A DNA stretch of 32,000 bases, taken from the sequence record OZ262643.1; one strand, given 5' to 3'. Positions 9,914 to 20,337 of the stretch are shown piece by piece (position 1 is the stretch's first letter; every line of letters starts with the position of its first letter). The position numbers and the translations under genes were made by a program. The notes under the pieces are model-generated. The model did no database searches. It was given only the letters and a program-made list of their open reading frames with translations, and was not told where the DNA came from.

Positions 9914-9987
9914 AATCCGCCATCCTTAAGGGACACCGCTGGTTCGAATCCAGCCAGATGCAATTATTATCAAAATCACAATTATAA

Positions 9988-10058
9988 AGCGGGTAGCGGG
10001 AATCGAACCCGCATCATTAGCTTGGAAGGCTAAGGTTTTACCACTAAACTATACCCGC
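9988..10058 (-). tRNA. trnG: tRNA-Gly(UCC)
   Basis: Minus-strand cloverleaf: GCGGGTA…TTAGC-CTTCCAA-GCTAA…GCGGG-TTCGATT-CCCGC-TACCCGC-T. Confidence 0.9.
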
Positions 10059-10119
10059 AGTTCACTAAATTAGAAATAACTGATCATATTTTAACACATT
10101 AGTTACTATTTACCAAATG

Positions 10120-10665
10120 CTAATTTAACCCTTCTAAGTTTACATTCAAAAAATTCGAAATATCTTTAGCTTGTTCTTCTATAGTTGATAAATTAATAGG
10201 GCTTCCAACTTTAGTTAATGGTATCTCTCTATTATCTTTAGTTTTTAAATAGATTTCTCTCTTTGGAGATACACCTTCTTGGATATTAATTTTAATAGAT
10301 GATACTTCTTTAATTTTATATTCTAATTTTAAAATTCGATTTTTACCAGGGAATCCTAGCCTAAAAATTGTAATAGTTCCAGTACTATTATTAAATTCAT
10401 TATATCCGCTACCAACATCTAAGATGATTGTATACCAAATGAAAGAACTAATCAGTATACCCGTCATTCCGTAAAATGTCATAACAACACCCTGAGGTAT
10501 AAATAGAAAAGTACTATTACTATTTAAAGTAGCAATATATATGTTTAAATAGCTGCTAATTCCTACCACAAAAAAACCAATACTTCCTAGTAAAATAATA
10601 GTTGCCCACCAATAATTACTAAGCCTCCTTGAGCCCAAAATTTTATCTATTCTAATCGTGTCCAT
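10120..10665 (-). CDS. ycf4: Photosystem I assembly protein Ycf4
   Basis: 181 aa. MDTIRIDKILGSRRLSNYWWATIILLGSIGFFVVGISSYL… is the typical Ycf4 N-terminus with two TM helices. Confidence 0.92.
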   Translation of the reverse strand: MDTIRIDKILGSRRLSNYWWATIILLGSIGFFVVGISSYLNIYIATLNSNSTFLFIPQGVVMTFYGMTGILISSFIWYTIILDVGSGYNEFNNSTGTITIFRLGFPGKNRILKLEYKIKEVSSIKINIQEGVSPKREIYLKTKDNREIPLTKVGSPINLSTIEEQAKDISNFLNVNLEGLN

Positions 10666-10731
10666 ATAATTTTTGATATTTTGTCTGAGTATTAATTAAT
10701 GACTACTTTTTGATATACTTAATTATAATTA

Positions 10732-10755
10732 TACATTTACATCAATGTAAATGTA
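10732..10755. terminator. Perfect 9-bp palindromic stem-loop between petL and ycf4. Candidate 3' processing or stabilising hairpin.
   Basis: TACATTTAC (10732-10740), loop ATCAAT, GTAAATGTA (10747-10755). Lies about 50 nt downstream of the petL stop on the minus strand. Function is inferred. Confidence 0.3.
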
Positions 10756-10806
10756 ATCAATTAATAAGCTGAAACTATGTATTTTTTAAATTGAATATTA
10801 ATATTA

Positions 10807-10902
10807 TTAGATCAGTTTTACGAATTGTAAACTTAGATATAGACTAATCGCTAATCCCATAAACAATGCAATGAATAATACGTAACTTATTACAATTGAC
10901 AT
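10807..10902 (-). CDS. petL: Cytochrome b6f complex subunit VI (PetL)
   Basis: Hand translation MSIVISYVLFIALFMGLAISLYLSLQFVKLI (31 aa), a single TM helix ending in …KLI as in PetL. Too short for the ORF track. Confidence 0.75.
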   Translation of the reverse strand: MSIVISYVLFIALFMGLAISLYLSLQFVKLI

Positions 10903-11074
10903 TTATACAATGACCTCCTTTCAGTTCGTTTTTTTATATAAAAAAATTAATTTATTTAATTTTTCAAAATTTTAATTAAATTTCTGTTAATATTCTAACT
11001 TAATTTTTGTACTATTTGTTACCATTAATAATTATAACAAATAACATAATAATTCTTCTGGAAAAGACAAGAAT

Positions 11075-11533
11075 ATGAATAACTTTATACAACCTTATAA
11101 CAAAGATCCTTTTGTTGGTAATCTATCAACACCAATTAGTACATCAAGTTTCACGAAAAACTTACTAAGTAATTTACCTGCTTACAGGAGAGGGCTATCA
11201 CCCCTACTACGAGGATTAGAAATAGGCATGGCACACGGATATTTTCTAATTGGTCCATTTGATAAGCTTGGACCATTAAGAAATACAGATGTAGCATTAT
11301 TATCTGGCTTTTTATCGACTGTTGGTTTAATTGTAATTTTAACTGCATGTTTATCTATGTATGGAAATGTTTCTTTTACAATTGCTAAAGAAGATACTAA
11401 AGATTTATTGCAAACTTCCAGTGGATGGAGTCAATTTACTGCAGGATTTTTAGTAGGTGCTGTAGGTGGTGCAGGTTTTGCTTATTTACTTTTAGCGAAT
11501 ATTCCAAATATACAAAACTTAGGTTCTACATAA
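11075..11533 (+). CDS. psaL: Photosystem I subunit XI (PsaL)
   Basis: 152 aa containing …[38 protein letters not shown]…, the conserved PsaL core. Confidence 0.93.
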   Translation: MNNFIQPYNKDPFVGNLSTPISTSSFTKNLLSNLPAYRRGLSPLLRGLEIGMAHGYFLIGPFDKLGPLRNTDVALLSGFLSTVGLIVILTACLSMYGNVSFTIAKEDTKDLLQTSSGWSQFTAGFLVGAVGGAGFAYLLLANIPNIQNLGST

Positions 11534-11573
11534 AGATTAAGTTACATTGAGAGTATAAGCTGTATTTTCATAT

Positions 11574-11646
11574 AGCTAGTAAGGGGACTTGAACCCATAA
11601 CCTGCTGATTACAAATCAGCTGCTCTACCAATTGAGCTATACTAGC
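11574..11646 (-). tRNA. trnT: tRNA-Thr(UGU)
   Basis: Minus strand: GCTAGTA-TA-GCTC-AATTGGTA-GAGC-A-GCTGA-TTTGTAA-TCAGC… The T arm has one U-C mismatch. 3' acceptor strand TACTAGC. Confidence 0.85.
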
Positions 11647-11794
11647 ATTATATATATATAGAATAAAAATATTTTCATTATAGTTATAGTACTTTTATTC
11701 TCGTTTCAAATTAAATATATTGAGATTGTAATTATATTTTGATTTTTATATTAACTAATTTGCCATCATTTACTTTACTTTTTGTTTTTTTAAA

Positions 11795-11986
11795 CTATTC
11801 AGCGTCTGAGTTCAATATTTTCCTATTAAAGTTAGTATAGTAGTTAATTGTCTCATCTAAAAAGATATGTGATGCATTATTAGAGATATCTACTTCTTCA
11901 GTGTTATAATTATACATATAGTTATGTGTACTATAATCCATACCATCTGTGTTTTCCATGTCAATATTTTTGAAATTAAATGTCAT
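11795..11986 (-). CDS. Hypothetical 63-aa ORF (acidic, N/Y-rich). Coding status doubtful.
   Basis: Supported only by an open frame in a 590-bp spacer between trnT and rpl28. No recognisable motif. Confidence 0.15.
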   Translation of the reverse strand: MTFNFKNIDMENTDGMDYSTHNYMYNYNTEEVDISNNASHIFLDETINYYTNFNRKILNSDAE

Positions 11987-12236
11987 TTTTTTTAATCCTT
12001 ATTAAATATTCCTTTGCTCTTATTTATTGAGTATACTTTGACTTATAATTTAATTTTTTTAAATTATCATTCAATTTTGATCTTTCTGATGTACTAAATT
12101 AATTAATTAAATATTAAATAATAATTAACTACCTGCTAAACTTATATAATACTATACAGTAAAAATTCAATATCAGTTATATTCAATTAATGATTATATA
12201 TTAACATATCTTTGAAAAATTGTCATTAATTAGTTG

Positions 12237-12431
12237 CTATATTTTTATTTTATGCAAGGATTTTATAATTTTTGTTGAAACTCTCAGTTTTATCCATAAT
12301 TTTTGTTTATGGGACCACATTTTTTTATATTGTAAATTCACTTCTTGTTTTTTTTTAGTTCTAATATGAGAATGTGATACTTGATAGCCATTATTTCTCT
12401 TTTTACCAGATAAGCTACAGATTTTTGACAT
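12237..12431 (-). CDS. rpl28: 50S ribosomal protein L28
   Basis: MSKICSLSGKKRNNGYQVSHSHIRTKKKQEVNLQYKKMW… is typical of L28. I place the start at the internal ATG (12431) rather than the track's 12473. Confidence 0.88.
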   Translation of the reverse strand: MSKICSLSGKKRNNGYQVSHSHIRTKKKQEVNLQYKKMWSHKQKLWIKLRVSTKIIKSLHKIKI

Positions 12432-12521
12432 GTTAAGAATAATAAATTTGTAATTGTATAAAACTAAGTTCAATGAATAAGTAATTCATGAAATAATAAA
12501 TGAATTATTTCAGAATGACTG

Positions 12522-12866
12522 CTATTTCATCTTTAAATACTTATTTAATGTATTTATTAAAGTTGATTTATGTACAGCTCCTACAACAGTATCAACTCTA
12601 ACTCCATTTTTGAAAATCATGATAGTTGGAATACTTCTAATACCGTACTCAGTTGCTACACTAGGATTTAAATCAGTATTTACTTTAACAACCTTAACTA
12701 TATCTTGATATTCATTAGCAATTTCGTTAATCACGGGTGCTATCATTCTACATGGTCCACACCAAGTAGCTCCAAAATCTACTAAAACAATAGAACTACA
12801 TTCTATTACTTCTAAGTTAAACGAAGAATCAACAACTTGTAAAATAGACAAAATAGTCTTCTCCAA
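12522..12866 (-). CDS. trxA: Thioredoxin
   Basis: 114 aa with the WCGPC active site (…[15 protein letters not shown]…) and the thioredoxin-fold motif …[14 protein letters not shown]…. Confidence 0.93.
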   Translation of the reverse strand: MEKTILSILQVVDSSFNLEVIECSSIVLVDFGATWCGPCRMIAPVINEIANEYQDIVKVVKVNTDLNPSVATEYGIRSIPTIMIFKNGVRVDTVVGAVHKSTLINTLNKYLKMK

Positions 12867-13026
12867 TATTTATCCCTTGCTATCAACAATCTTAACATAA
12901 AACGATCTAAATTTTTCAAAAAAAATAAAAAAATAAAAAATATATTAATAAAAATTATCAGATTAATAAATAACACTACAATTATTTGATGACAATATAA
13001 TGATAAATTTATACTTAAAAGATAGC

Positions 13027-13054
13027 TTGACTATATATTTGCGATATATATATT
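13027..13054 (+). promoter_or_regulatory. Candidate sigma70-type (PEP) promoter of the rbcL-rbcS-cbbX cluster
   Basis: TTGACT (13027-13032), 16-nt spacer, TATATT (13049-13054), about 80 nt upstream of the rbcL ATG. A strong Shine-Dalgarno AGGAGG sits at 13121-13126. In AT-rich DNA -10-like hexamers are common, so this is tentative. Confidence 0.3.
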
Positions 13055-13131
13055 GTATTACAATTAAAATAGAAGAAACATACAGCTACTTTTATATATA
13101 ATGATACTGCCTTAAACTCAAGGAGGAATAG

Positions 13132-14598
<1,467 letters not shown>

Positions 14599-14707
14599 AT
14601 CAAATACATTAACATATTACAAAATAATCTAACATAAACTCTGCAAAATGCAGAATTGAGTTAGAAGCTTTTAACTAAGATTCATCATTAATAAGGAGTA
14701 TAGATAA

Positions 14708-15127
14708 GTGAGATTAACACAAGGAACTTTTTCCTTTTTACCTGACCTAACTGACGAACAGATCAAAAAACAAATAGAGTATGCTATTTCAAATCGTTGG
14801 GCGATTAATATTGAATATACAGATGATCCGCACCCAAGAAACAATTATTGGGAATTATGGGGTTTACCATTATTTGATATAAAAGATGCTGCAACTGTAA
14901 TGTATGAAATTAGTAGTTGTCGTCAACAACAATCAGATGTATATATTAAAGTAAATGCTTTTGATAATACTAGAGGTGTAGAAAGCTGTGTTTTATCATT
15001 TATTATTAATAGACCTTCTCTTGAGCCAGGTTTTGAATTAGTAAGATCAGAAGATATTGGCAGAAATCAAAAATATTGCTTCCGTAGTTACTCTACTAGT
15101 AGACAACCTGAAGGCTCTAGATACTAA
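14708..15127 (+). CDS. rbcS: RuBisCO small subunit (red type), GTG start
   Basis: MRLTQGTFSFLPDLTDEQIKKQIEYAI…NYWELWGLPLFD… is the canonical red-lineage RbcS. AAGGAG lies 9 nt upstream of the GTG. Confidence 0.97.
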   Translation: MRLTQGTFSFLPDLTDEQIKKQIEYAISNRWAINIEYTDDPHPRNNYWELWGLPLFDIKDAATVMYEISSCRQQQSDVYIKVNAFDNTRGVESCVLSFIINRPSLEPGFELVRSEDIGRNQKYCFRSYSTSRQPEGSRY

Positions 15128-15159
15128 TACACTAACTTGAGCATTAATATATGAATAAA

Positions 15160-15208
15160 ATTGGAAAATAGAAAAACAAAATAATAATAAATATTTCTAT
15201 TTTCTAAT
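15160..15208 (+). terminator. 15-bp stem-loop between rbcS and cbbX. Candidate attenuator, processing or stabilising hairpin.
   Basis: ATTGGAAAATAGAAA (15160-15174) pairs with TTTCTATTTTCTAAT (15194-15208) with one G-U pair. The loop is 19 nt. Confidence 0.4.
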
Positions 15209-15243
15209 TATAATAATAAAAAAATCTCACGATAAATATCACT

Positions 15244-16137
15244 ATGAATACAATAAATACAAAAAACACTCTTGTGAACTTACAAGAAGAATACGATAAA
15301 ACTAACATTCAAGAAATAATCGATGAACTTGAAAAAGAATTAATTGGATTAAAACCAGTAAAAACTAGGATCAACGAAATTGCTGCATTATTGTTAATTG
15401 ATAGATTAAGAAATCAATTGGAATTAGTATCAGGTAGCCCTGGTTTACATATGTCATTTACAGGTAGTCCTGGTACAGGCAAAACAACAGTTGCAATGAA
15501 AATGGCTGATATATTATATAGACTTGGATATATAAAAAAAGGACATCTTTTAACAGTAACAAGAGATGATTTAGTAGGACAATACATCGGACACACAGCA
15601 CCAAAAACTAAGGAAGTTTTAAAACAAGCAATGGGTGGAGTATTGTTTATAGATGAAGCTTACTATTTATATAAACCAGACAATGAACGTGATTATGGCG
15701 CAGAATCTATAGAAATATTGCTACAAGTTATGGAGAATCAGCGAGATGATTTAGTAGTTATTTTTGCAGGATATAAAGATAAAATGGATAAGTTTTATGA
15801 ATCAAATCCTGGTCTTTCTTCGAGAGTAACAAACCATGTGGATTTTCCAGATTATACAGCAGAGGAACTATTAAAGATTGCTAAATTGATGCTTCAAGAA
15901 CAACAGTATAAATTCGCACCAGATGCAGATACAGTACTATTAAAATATGCAGAAAGACGTATGCAGCAGCCACATTTTGCAAATGCAAGAAGTATCAGGA
16001 ATGCCATTGATAGAGCACGTATGAGACAAGCTAATAGAATCTTTGCTAGTGGAGATAAAGTTTTAACAAAAGGGGATTTGATAACTATTCAATCAGAGGA
16101 CATACTGAAAAGTAGACTTTTTGCTCAATATGAGTAA
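15244..16137 (+). CDS. cbbX: CbbX, AAA+ red-type RuBisCO activase
   Basis: 297 aa. Walker [12 protein letters not shown], Walker [11 protein letters not shown]. Located directly after rbcLS, as in red plastids. Confidence 0.96.
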   Translation: MNTINTKNTLVNLQEEYDKTNIQEIIDELEKELIGLKPVKTRINEIAALLLIDRLRNQLELVSGSPGLHMSFTGSPGTGKTTVAMKMADILYRLGYIKKGHLLTVTRDDLVGQYIGHTAPKTKEVLKQAMGGVLFIDEAYYLYKPDNERDYGAESIEILLQVMENQRDDLVVIFAGYKDKMDKFYESNPGLSSRVTNHVDFPDYTAEELLKIAKLMLQEQQYKFAPDADTVLLKYAERRMQQPHFANARSIRNAIDRARMRQANRIFASGDKVLTKGDLITIQSEDILKSRLFAQYE

Positions 16138-16254
16138 CGCTAATATTTCTATTTATTAAGTTAATTTTTCAACGAATGATTGACAATGTATGCATAAATT
16201 AGATAGATTATTCTTGTTAAGTTTTTAACTTTTAAATAAGTCACCGAATTATTG

Positions 16255-16325
16255 GGCGGTATGGCCAAGTGGTAAGGCAGAGGATTGCAAATTCTTTATC
16301 CCCAGTTCAAATCTGGGTGCCGCCT
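16255..16325 (+). tRNA. trnC: tRNA-Cys(GCA)
   Basis: GGCGGTA…GAGGA-TTGCAAA-TTCTT…CCCAG-TTCAAAT-CTGGG-TGCCGCC-T. Confidence 0.85.
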
Positions 16326-16369
16326 AAAAAAACTGAATTTATATAACTAATCTCAATTTCGCATATTGG

Positions 16370-16455
16370 GGGGATGTGGTGGAATGGTAGACACAACAGA
16401 CTTAAAATCTGTTGATCTTTTATTGATCGTGAGGGTTCAAGTCCCTCCATCCCCA
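16370..16455 (+). tRNA. trnL: tRNA-Leu(UAA), class II, uninterrupted
   Basis: GGGGATG…ACAGA-CTTAAAA-TCTGT, long variable arm GATCTTTTATTGATC, T arm GAGGG-TTCAAGT-CCCTC, 3' acceptor strand CATCCCC-A. Confidence 0.9.
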
Positions 16456-16574
16456 TAAAAGCTTAAATGCAAATATTGTAAGTATATAATAGAAGAACAT
16501 TTATGCAATTTGCTAACGTTATTGAGAAATTATTACTAAATTCAATATTATAAATTTATATCTTTTTATCCTTA

Positions 16575-16820
16575 ATGATGTGTATATGTATAAACTGCCG
16601 ACATATTTCTAATTGCACTACATACCAATTTATCACTAAACAGCATAGCACTGTATCAAAAATAAATGATGCTATATTTAATCCTAGTAATACTATAGTA
16701 AATGCGAATGTAAATAAGAAAAGTGAGCAAATTTTCATAGATTGGGATTTAATTGAATGTTTATCTTTCGTCGAAGAGCCAGGCAACTGGTTGAAATCTA
16801 TACCTTCACGTTACAGTTAG
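16575..16820 (+). CDS. ycf34: Ycf34 (Cys-rich, putative Fe-S protein)
   Basis: M-MCICINCRHISNCTTYQFITKQH… matches the conserved MCICINC..I..C..Y N-terminus of ycf34. The true start may be the second ATG (16578). Confidence 0.8.
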   Translation: MMCICINCRHISNCTTYQFITKQHSTVSKINDAIFNPSNTIVNANVNKKSEQIFIDWDLIECLSFVEEPGNWLKSIPSRYS

Positions 16821-16863
16821 TATTCAACAAAGTAAAGTAATAGATCAAATATATGGTTTGTAA

Positions 16864-17400
16864 TTAATTATAAATATACTCATTTGAATACTCTACATTT
16901 TTCTTAAGAGTTTCAGTATTTACGTTAGATTCTCTCACTAAAGCTATTTTACCAGTACGCACAATCTCTGTAATTTTATATTCATTCAGTAGCTGTTGTA
17001 CGGCAAATATTTTACCTGGGTCTCCCGTAACTTCAAGAGTAAGATGTTCTAAAGAGATGTCTACAACTTTAGCTCTAAAAATATTAGCTATATTTAAAAC
17101 AAGAGATCGATCTTTATCTATTATATTAATTTTAATGAGCATCAATTCTCGTTCTACACAAGGCAAATGAGTTACATTTTGTACGTGAATAATATTAACT
17201 AATTTGTATAATTGTTTAATTAATTGTTCAATAGTTCTATTGTCACCTCTAACACTCATAACAATCCTTGAAATACCTATTTTTTCTGTAGTACCGACTG
17301 CTAAACTATCAATATTAAAACCTCTTCTAGAAAATAAACCTGAAATTCGAGATAAAACCCCAGACTCATCTTGGACAAGTACAGATAAAGTATGTTTCAT
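16864..17400 (-). CDS. ilvH: Acetolactate synthase small (regulatory) subunit
   Basis: [36 protein letters not shown]… is the ACT domain typical of IlvH. Start placed at the internal ATG 17400; the track's 15-codon N-terminal extension is unlikely. Confidence 0.92.
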   Translation of the reverse strand: MKHTLSVLVQDESGVLSRISGLFSRRGFNIDSLAVGTTEKIGISRIVMSVRGDNRTIEQLIKQLYKLVNIIHVQNVTHLPCVERELMLIKINIIDKDRSLVLNIANIFRAKVVDISLEHLTLEVTGDPGKIFAVQQLLNEYKITEIVRTGKIALVRESNVNTETLKKNVEYSNEYIYN

Positions 17401-17551
17401 AAAAATCAAATAATTAAAATAAACTCTATAAAAATAAAGAAACAAATAAATAAATCTATTTAATGTTATAATAATTTACATAAATTTACCAATATTCTAA
17501 AATATATTACATAAATCATTTGAAAACAAATAAGGATACAATAATTTAAAG

Positions 17552-18076
17552 TTGAAAAATAATTATAATGAAAAAGCGATAGTTAATCAGTCTATTAAGT
17601 ATCCAAAAGTACGTTTAATTGATGTGTCTGGAAAGCAACTAGGTGTATATTCATCTCAAGAAGCATTTAACATGGCTACAAATCAAGGATTAGATTTAGT
17701 AGTAGTTAGTGATAAATCAGAACCACCAGTATGTAAAATTATAGATTACGGTAAATATAAGTTTGCACAAGAAAAAAAGGCTAAAGAAGCTAAGAAAAAG
17801 CAACACCATATAACGGTTAAAGAAGTCAAAATGAGATATAAAATAGAAACTCATGATTATCAAGTAAGAATAAATCAAGCATTGCGTTTTTTACAGTCAG
17901 GTGATAAAGTTAAAATAACTGTCATTTTCCGGGGAAGAGAAATACAACATTTCAATTTAGCTATTGAATTATTAACAAAAATATCGGATGACTTAAAACA
18001 TATATCCCAAATCCAACAAAGTCCTACTAAAGATGGCCGGAATATTACAATGATTTTATCACCTTGTAAAAAATGA
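17552..18076 (+). CDS. infC: Translation initiation factor IF-3 (non-ATG start, TTG in the track)
   Basis: …[52 protein letters not shown]…[18 protein letters not shown]… is canonical IF-3. The exact start is uncertain. Confidence 0.9.
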   Translation: MKNNYNEKAIVNQSIKYPKVRLIDVSGKQLGVYSSQEAFNMATNQGLDLVVVSDKSEPPVCKIIDYGKYKFAQEKKAKEAKKKQHHITVKEVKMRYKIETHDYQVRINQALRFLQSGDKVKITVIFRGREIQHFNLAIELLTKISDDLKHISQIQQSPTKDGRNITMILSPCKK

Positions 18077-18153
18077 AAACAATAAATTACAATTATCAAG
18101 TAATTTTATAGCTAAATAAGTAAATATCTAAAAATCAAGTAAAGGAGGACAGA

Positions 18154-18759
18154 ATGTCACGTTATAGAGGGCCTAGATTAAAGGTATCACGTAAATTAGG
18201 AGATTTACCAGGACTCACTAGAAAAAAATCCAAGAAAACATTTCCACCTGGCGAACATGGTCAACAATCCAAGAAACCATCAGATTATGCTTTAAGACTA
18301 GAAGAAAAACAAAAATTAAAATTTAATTATGGCATTAATGAAAAGCAATTATCAAGAAATATAAAAATAGCTAAAAAAGTACAGGGCTCTACTGGAATTA
18401 TATTACTACAAATACTAGAAATGAGATTGGATAATACAATCTTTCGTTTAGGTTTAGCTCCAACTATTCCTGCTTCTAGACAACTTGTAAATCATTGCCA
18501 TGTTTTAGTAAATAGTAGGTTAGTCTCAATATCTAGTTATCAATGCAAACCAGGAGATACAATTAGCATAAAACCAAAAAACTCATCAATTAATTTGGTA
18601 AAAAAATACTTGCAATCACCTGGCCTAGCAAATCTTCCAAGTCATTTAGAACTTAATCGAGATACATTATCCGCTAAAGTAAATGGAATTATAGAAAGAG
18701 ATTGGGTTGCATTACAACTGAATGAACTATTAGTAGTTGAATACTATTCAAGAAAATAG
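18154..18759 (+). CDS. rps4: 30S ribosomal protein S4
   Basis: [22 protein letters not shown]… and the S4 domain. AAAGGAGG Shine-Dalgarno upstream. Confidence 0.96.
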   Translation: MSRYRGPRLKVSRKLGDLPGLTRKKSKKTFPPGEHGQQSKKPSDYALRLEEKQKLKFNYGINEKQLSRNIKIAKKVQGSTGIILLQILEMRLDNTIFRLGLAPTIPASRQLVNHCHVLVNSRLVSISSYQCKPGDTISIKPKNSSINLVKKYLQSPGLANLPSHLELNRDTLSAKVNGIIERDWVALQLNELLVVEYYSRK

Positions 18760-18806
18760 GTGTAACTAAAAAACATTCTATTAAATGAATTATGAAACTA
18801 AATATA

Positions 18807-20243
18807 CTACCAACTAATTGGCTGGCGTGTTGTTAACGACCACAGTACTCTATACATAAAACTTTTTAAGTTAACACCATAACGACTCAATGATGTAATT
18901 AGAGCCTTATTTTCTTCTAAATGATTTTTTATATATTTTTTAGCAAAATCATAAGTTTTAATGGACGGTATGAATATGAAGTTTTGATGTTGCTTTGTAT
19001 AATTAGTAGTTGTTATAAAAGTTTCTAGATTCAAAACCTGTATTTGAGGATTTGATGGTAATTTATAACTATTAAATTTACGTCTATATTTTTGCCATGC
19101 ATTAAATGCTGTTTCATAATTTAAAAAAACTGCTTCATATTGGACATGATCATTATAAAAAAATTCATATAAAGGTTTGGAGTTATGAACATAATTTCTT
19201 GTTTTTAACTTATATCCTTTAATAAAATATACAGGTTGTCCTTGAAAATAATTATTTCCATATTCCTGATCCTTATGAAAAGATACATGCCTATATTTTT
19301 TATATTTGTACAGAAGTTCACTTATTTCTCTTAAATCAGGAACTAATCTAAAATCTATATCATGATTTGCTTGTGCTAACATTTGATAATACATTTTAAT
19401 TGTTGTTGGTACAAGTTTCATGTTACTGCCACGCGTAGACTTATTATATTTTAGACTAATATAATTGAGATATTCTTTAGCGTCATCTGAATTTGTAAAA
19501 AATAACCCTGTATATAGTGTTTTTTTATTAATTTGCTTATTGGTCAAATTAAAATAAAGATTCCATAATCTTTGATAATGCTGTGACTGTTCAGAAGATT
19601 CAGATAGTATTACCTGTTGCTTTTCATTAACTAAAACAAACAAAGGAAAAGAGACAATGCCATCATCAATTAACAAATCACTCTTGATCTTGTGTTGATT
19701 AAATTTAACAAAAAAAATACTAGGATTTAATGATTTTAACCACTTATATTGAACAGATAAATTATTATTATCAGTTAATTTATTAATATGCTTACCATTA
19801 TATATAGTAGCATTTAAATTAATTCTCCTATTCAGCAAATCTTTACTAAACTGCTGCAGAAAATGTTTATAATTACTGCCTTCGTATATAGATAAGCCAC
19901 TAGATCTTAATCTATTTGTATAATTTTCTAAACTAGAAGTGGATGATGAAATAAAAATAGTTTCTTGCCAATATTTATTAATAAGTTTTTGCCAAAAGTT
20001 ACGATTAATTAACTTATACGTTGGTTTTGTTTCAATTGATTTTCGCTTTAACTGATTGACAAAAAGTCTATTAACTGATAGTAGAATACTACTAAATTTA
20101 TTATATTTAAAGCCTAAATTAAATAAATGTGAATCACTATTTATTTTATTAGCGCTAGAACTCAACTTTAATTTTAAGAATGGATTATTTTTATAATCAC
20201 TATGTGAAACTAGATCAAATAAACTTAAATCAAATAAAATCAT
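18807..20243 (-). CDS. Large conserved-looking hypothetical protein (ORF478), possibly a Tic22-like or ycf80-type plastid ORF
   Basis: 478 codons without a stop in about 75% AT DNA argues strongly for coding. Basic, K/N/Y-rich, with no clear TM helix. An internal two-fold pattern is described in the findings. Family assignment is speculative. Confidence 0.55.
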   Translation of the reverse strand: MILFDLSLFDLVSHSDYKNNPFLKLKLSSSANKINSDSHLFNLGFKYNKFSSILLSVNRLFVNQLKRKSIETKPTYKLINRNFWQKLINKYWQETIFISSSTSSLENYTNRLRSSGLSIYEGSNYKHFLQQFSKDLLNRRINLNATIYNGKHINKLTDNNNLSVQYKWLKSLNPSIFFVKFNQHKIKSDLLIDDGIVSFPLFVLVNEKQQVILSESSEQSQHYQRLWNLYFNLTNKQINKKTLYTGLFFTNSDDAKEYLNYISLKYNKSTRGSNMKLVPTTIKMYYQMLAQANHDIDFRLVPDLREISELLYKYKKYRHVSFHKDQEYGNNYFQGQPVYFIKGYKLKTRNYVHNSKPLYEFFYNDHVQYEAVFLNYETAFNAWQKYRRKFNSYKLPSNPQIQVLNLETFITTTNYTKQHQNFIFIPSIKTYDFAKKYIKNHLEENKALITSLSRYGVNLKSFMYRVLWSLTTRQPISW

Positions 20244-20337
20244 TCAATATAAAAATAAATAAATAATATATATAATAAAAAATTTTGCGACAAAATAATG
20301 CAATTTTAGATTGGCTACAGATAATTTAATTATGCAT

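Larger units (their letters stand above)
8021..9962 (+). tRNA. trnM: Split tRNA with anticodon CAU. Exon 1 is 8021-8057 and exon 2 is 9914-9962, interrupted in the anticodon loop by a group II intron. The spliced product is 86 nt with a class II architecture.
   Basis: Acceptor GCATCTG (8021-8027) pairs with CAGATGC (9955-9961), discriminator A at 9962. Anticodon stem GCGGA (8048-8052) pairs with TCCGC (9916-9920). Spliced loop is CU-CAU-AA. T arm GCTGG-TTCGAAT-CCAGC (9938-9954). D arm GCC-GAGAGGCCGAA-GGC. Variable region of 17 nt (9921-9937). Amino-acid identity is uncertain (see findings). Confidence 0.85.

Noticed and set aside
12432-12473. N-terminal extensions in the track for rpl28 (to 12473) and ilvH (to 17445).
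   Set aside because: Conserved protein N-termini (MSKICSLSGKK…, [12 protein letters not shown]…) begin at internal ATGs, and the extensions are F/Y/N/I-rich spacer translations.
14640-14654. A small 6-bp hairpin (TCTGCA-AAA-TGCAGA) between rbcL and rbcS.
   Set aside because: It is too short and has too small a loop to call a terminator. rbcL-rbcS are expected to be co-transcribed. Noted only as a possible processing signal.
16370-16455. I checked trnL(UAA) for the ancient cyanobacterial and plastid group I intron.
   Set aside because: The gene is continuous (86 nt with an intact CTTAAAA anticodon loop), so no intron is present here.
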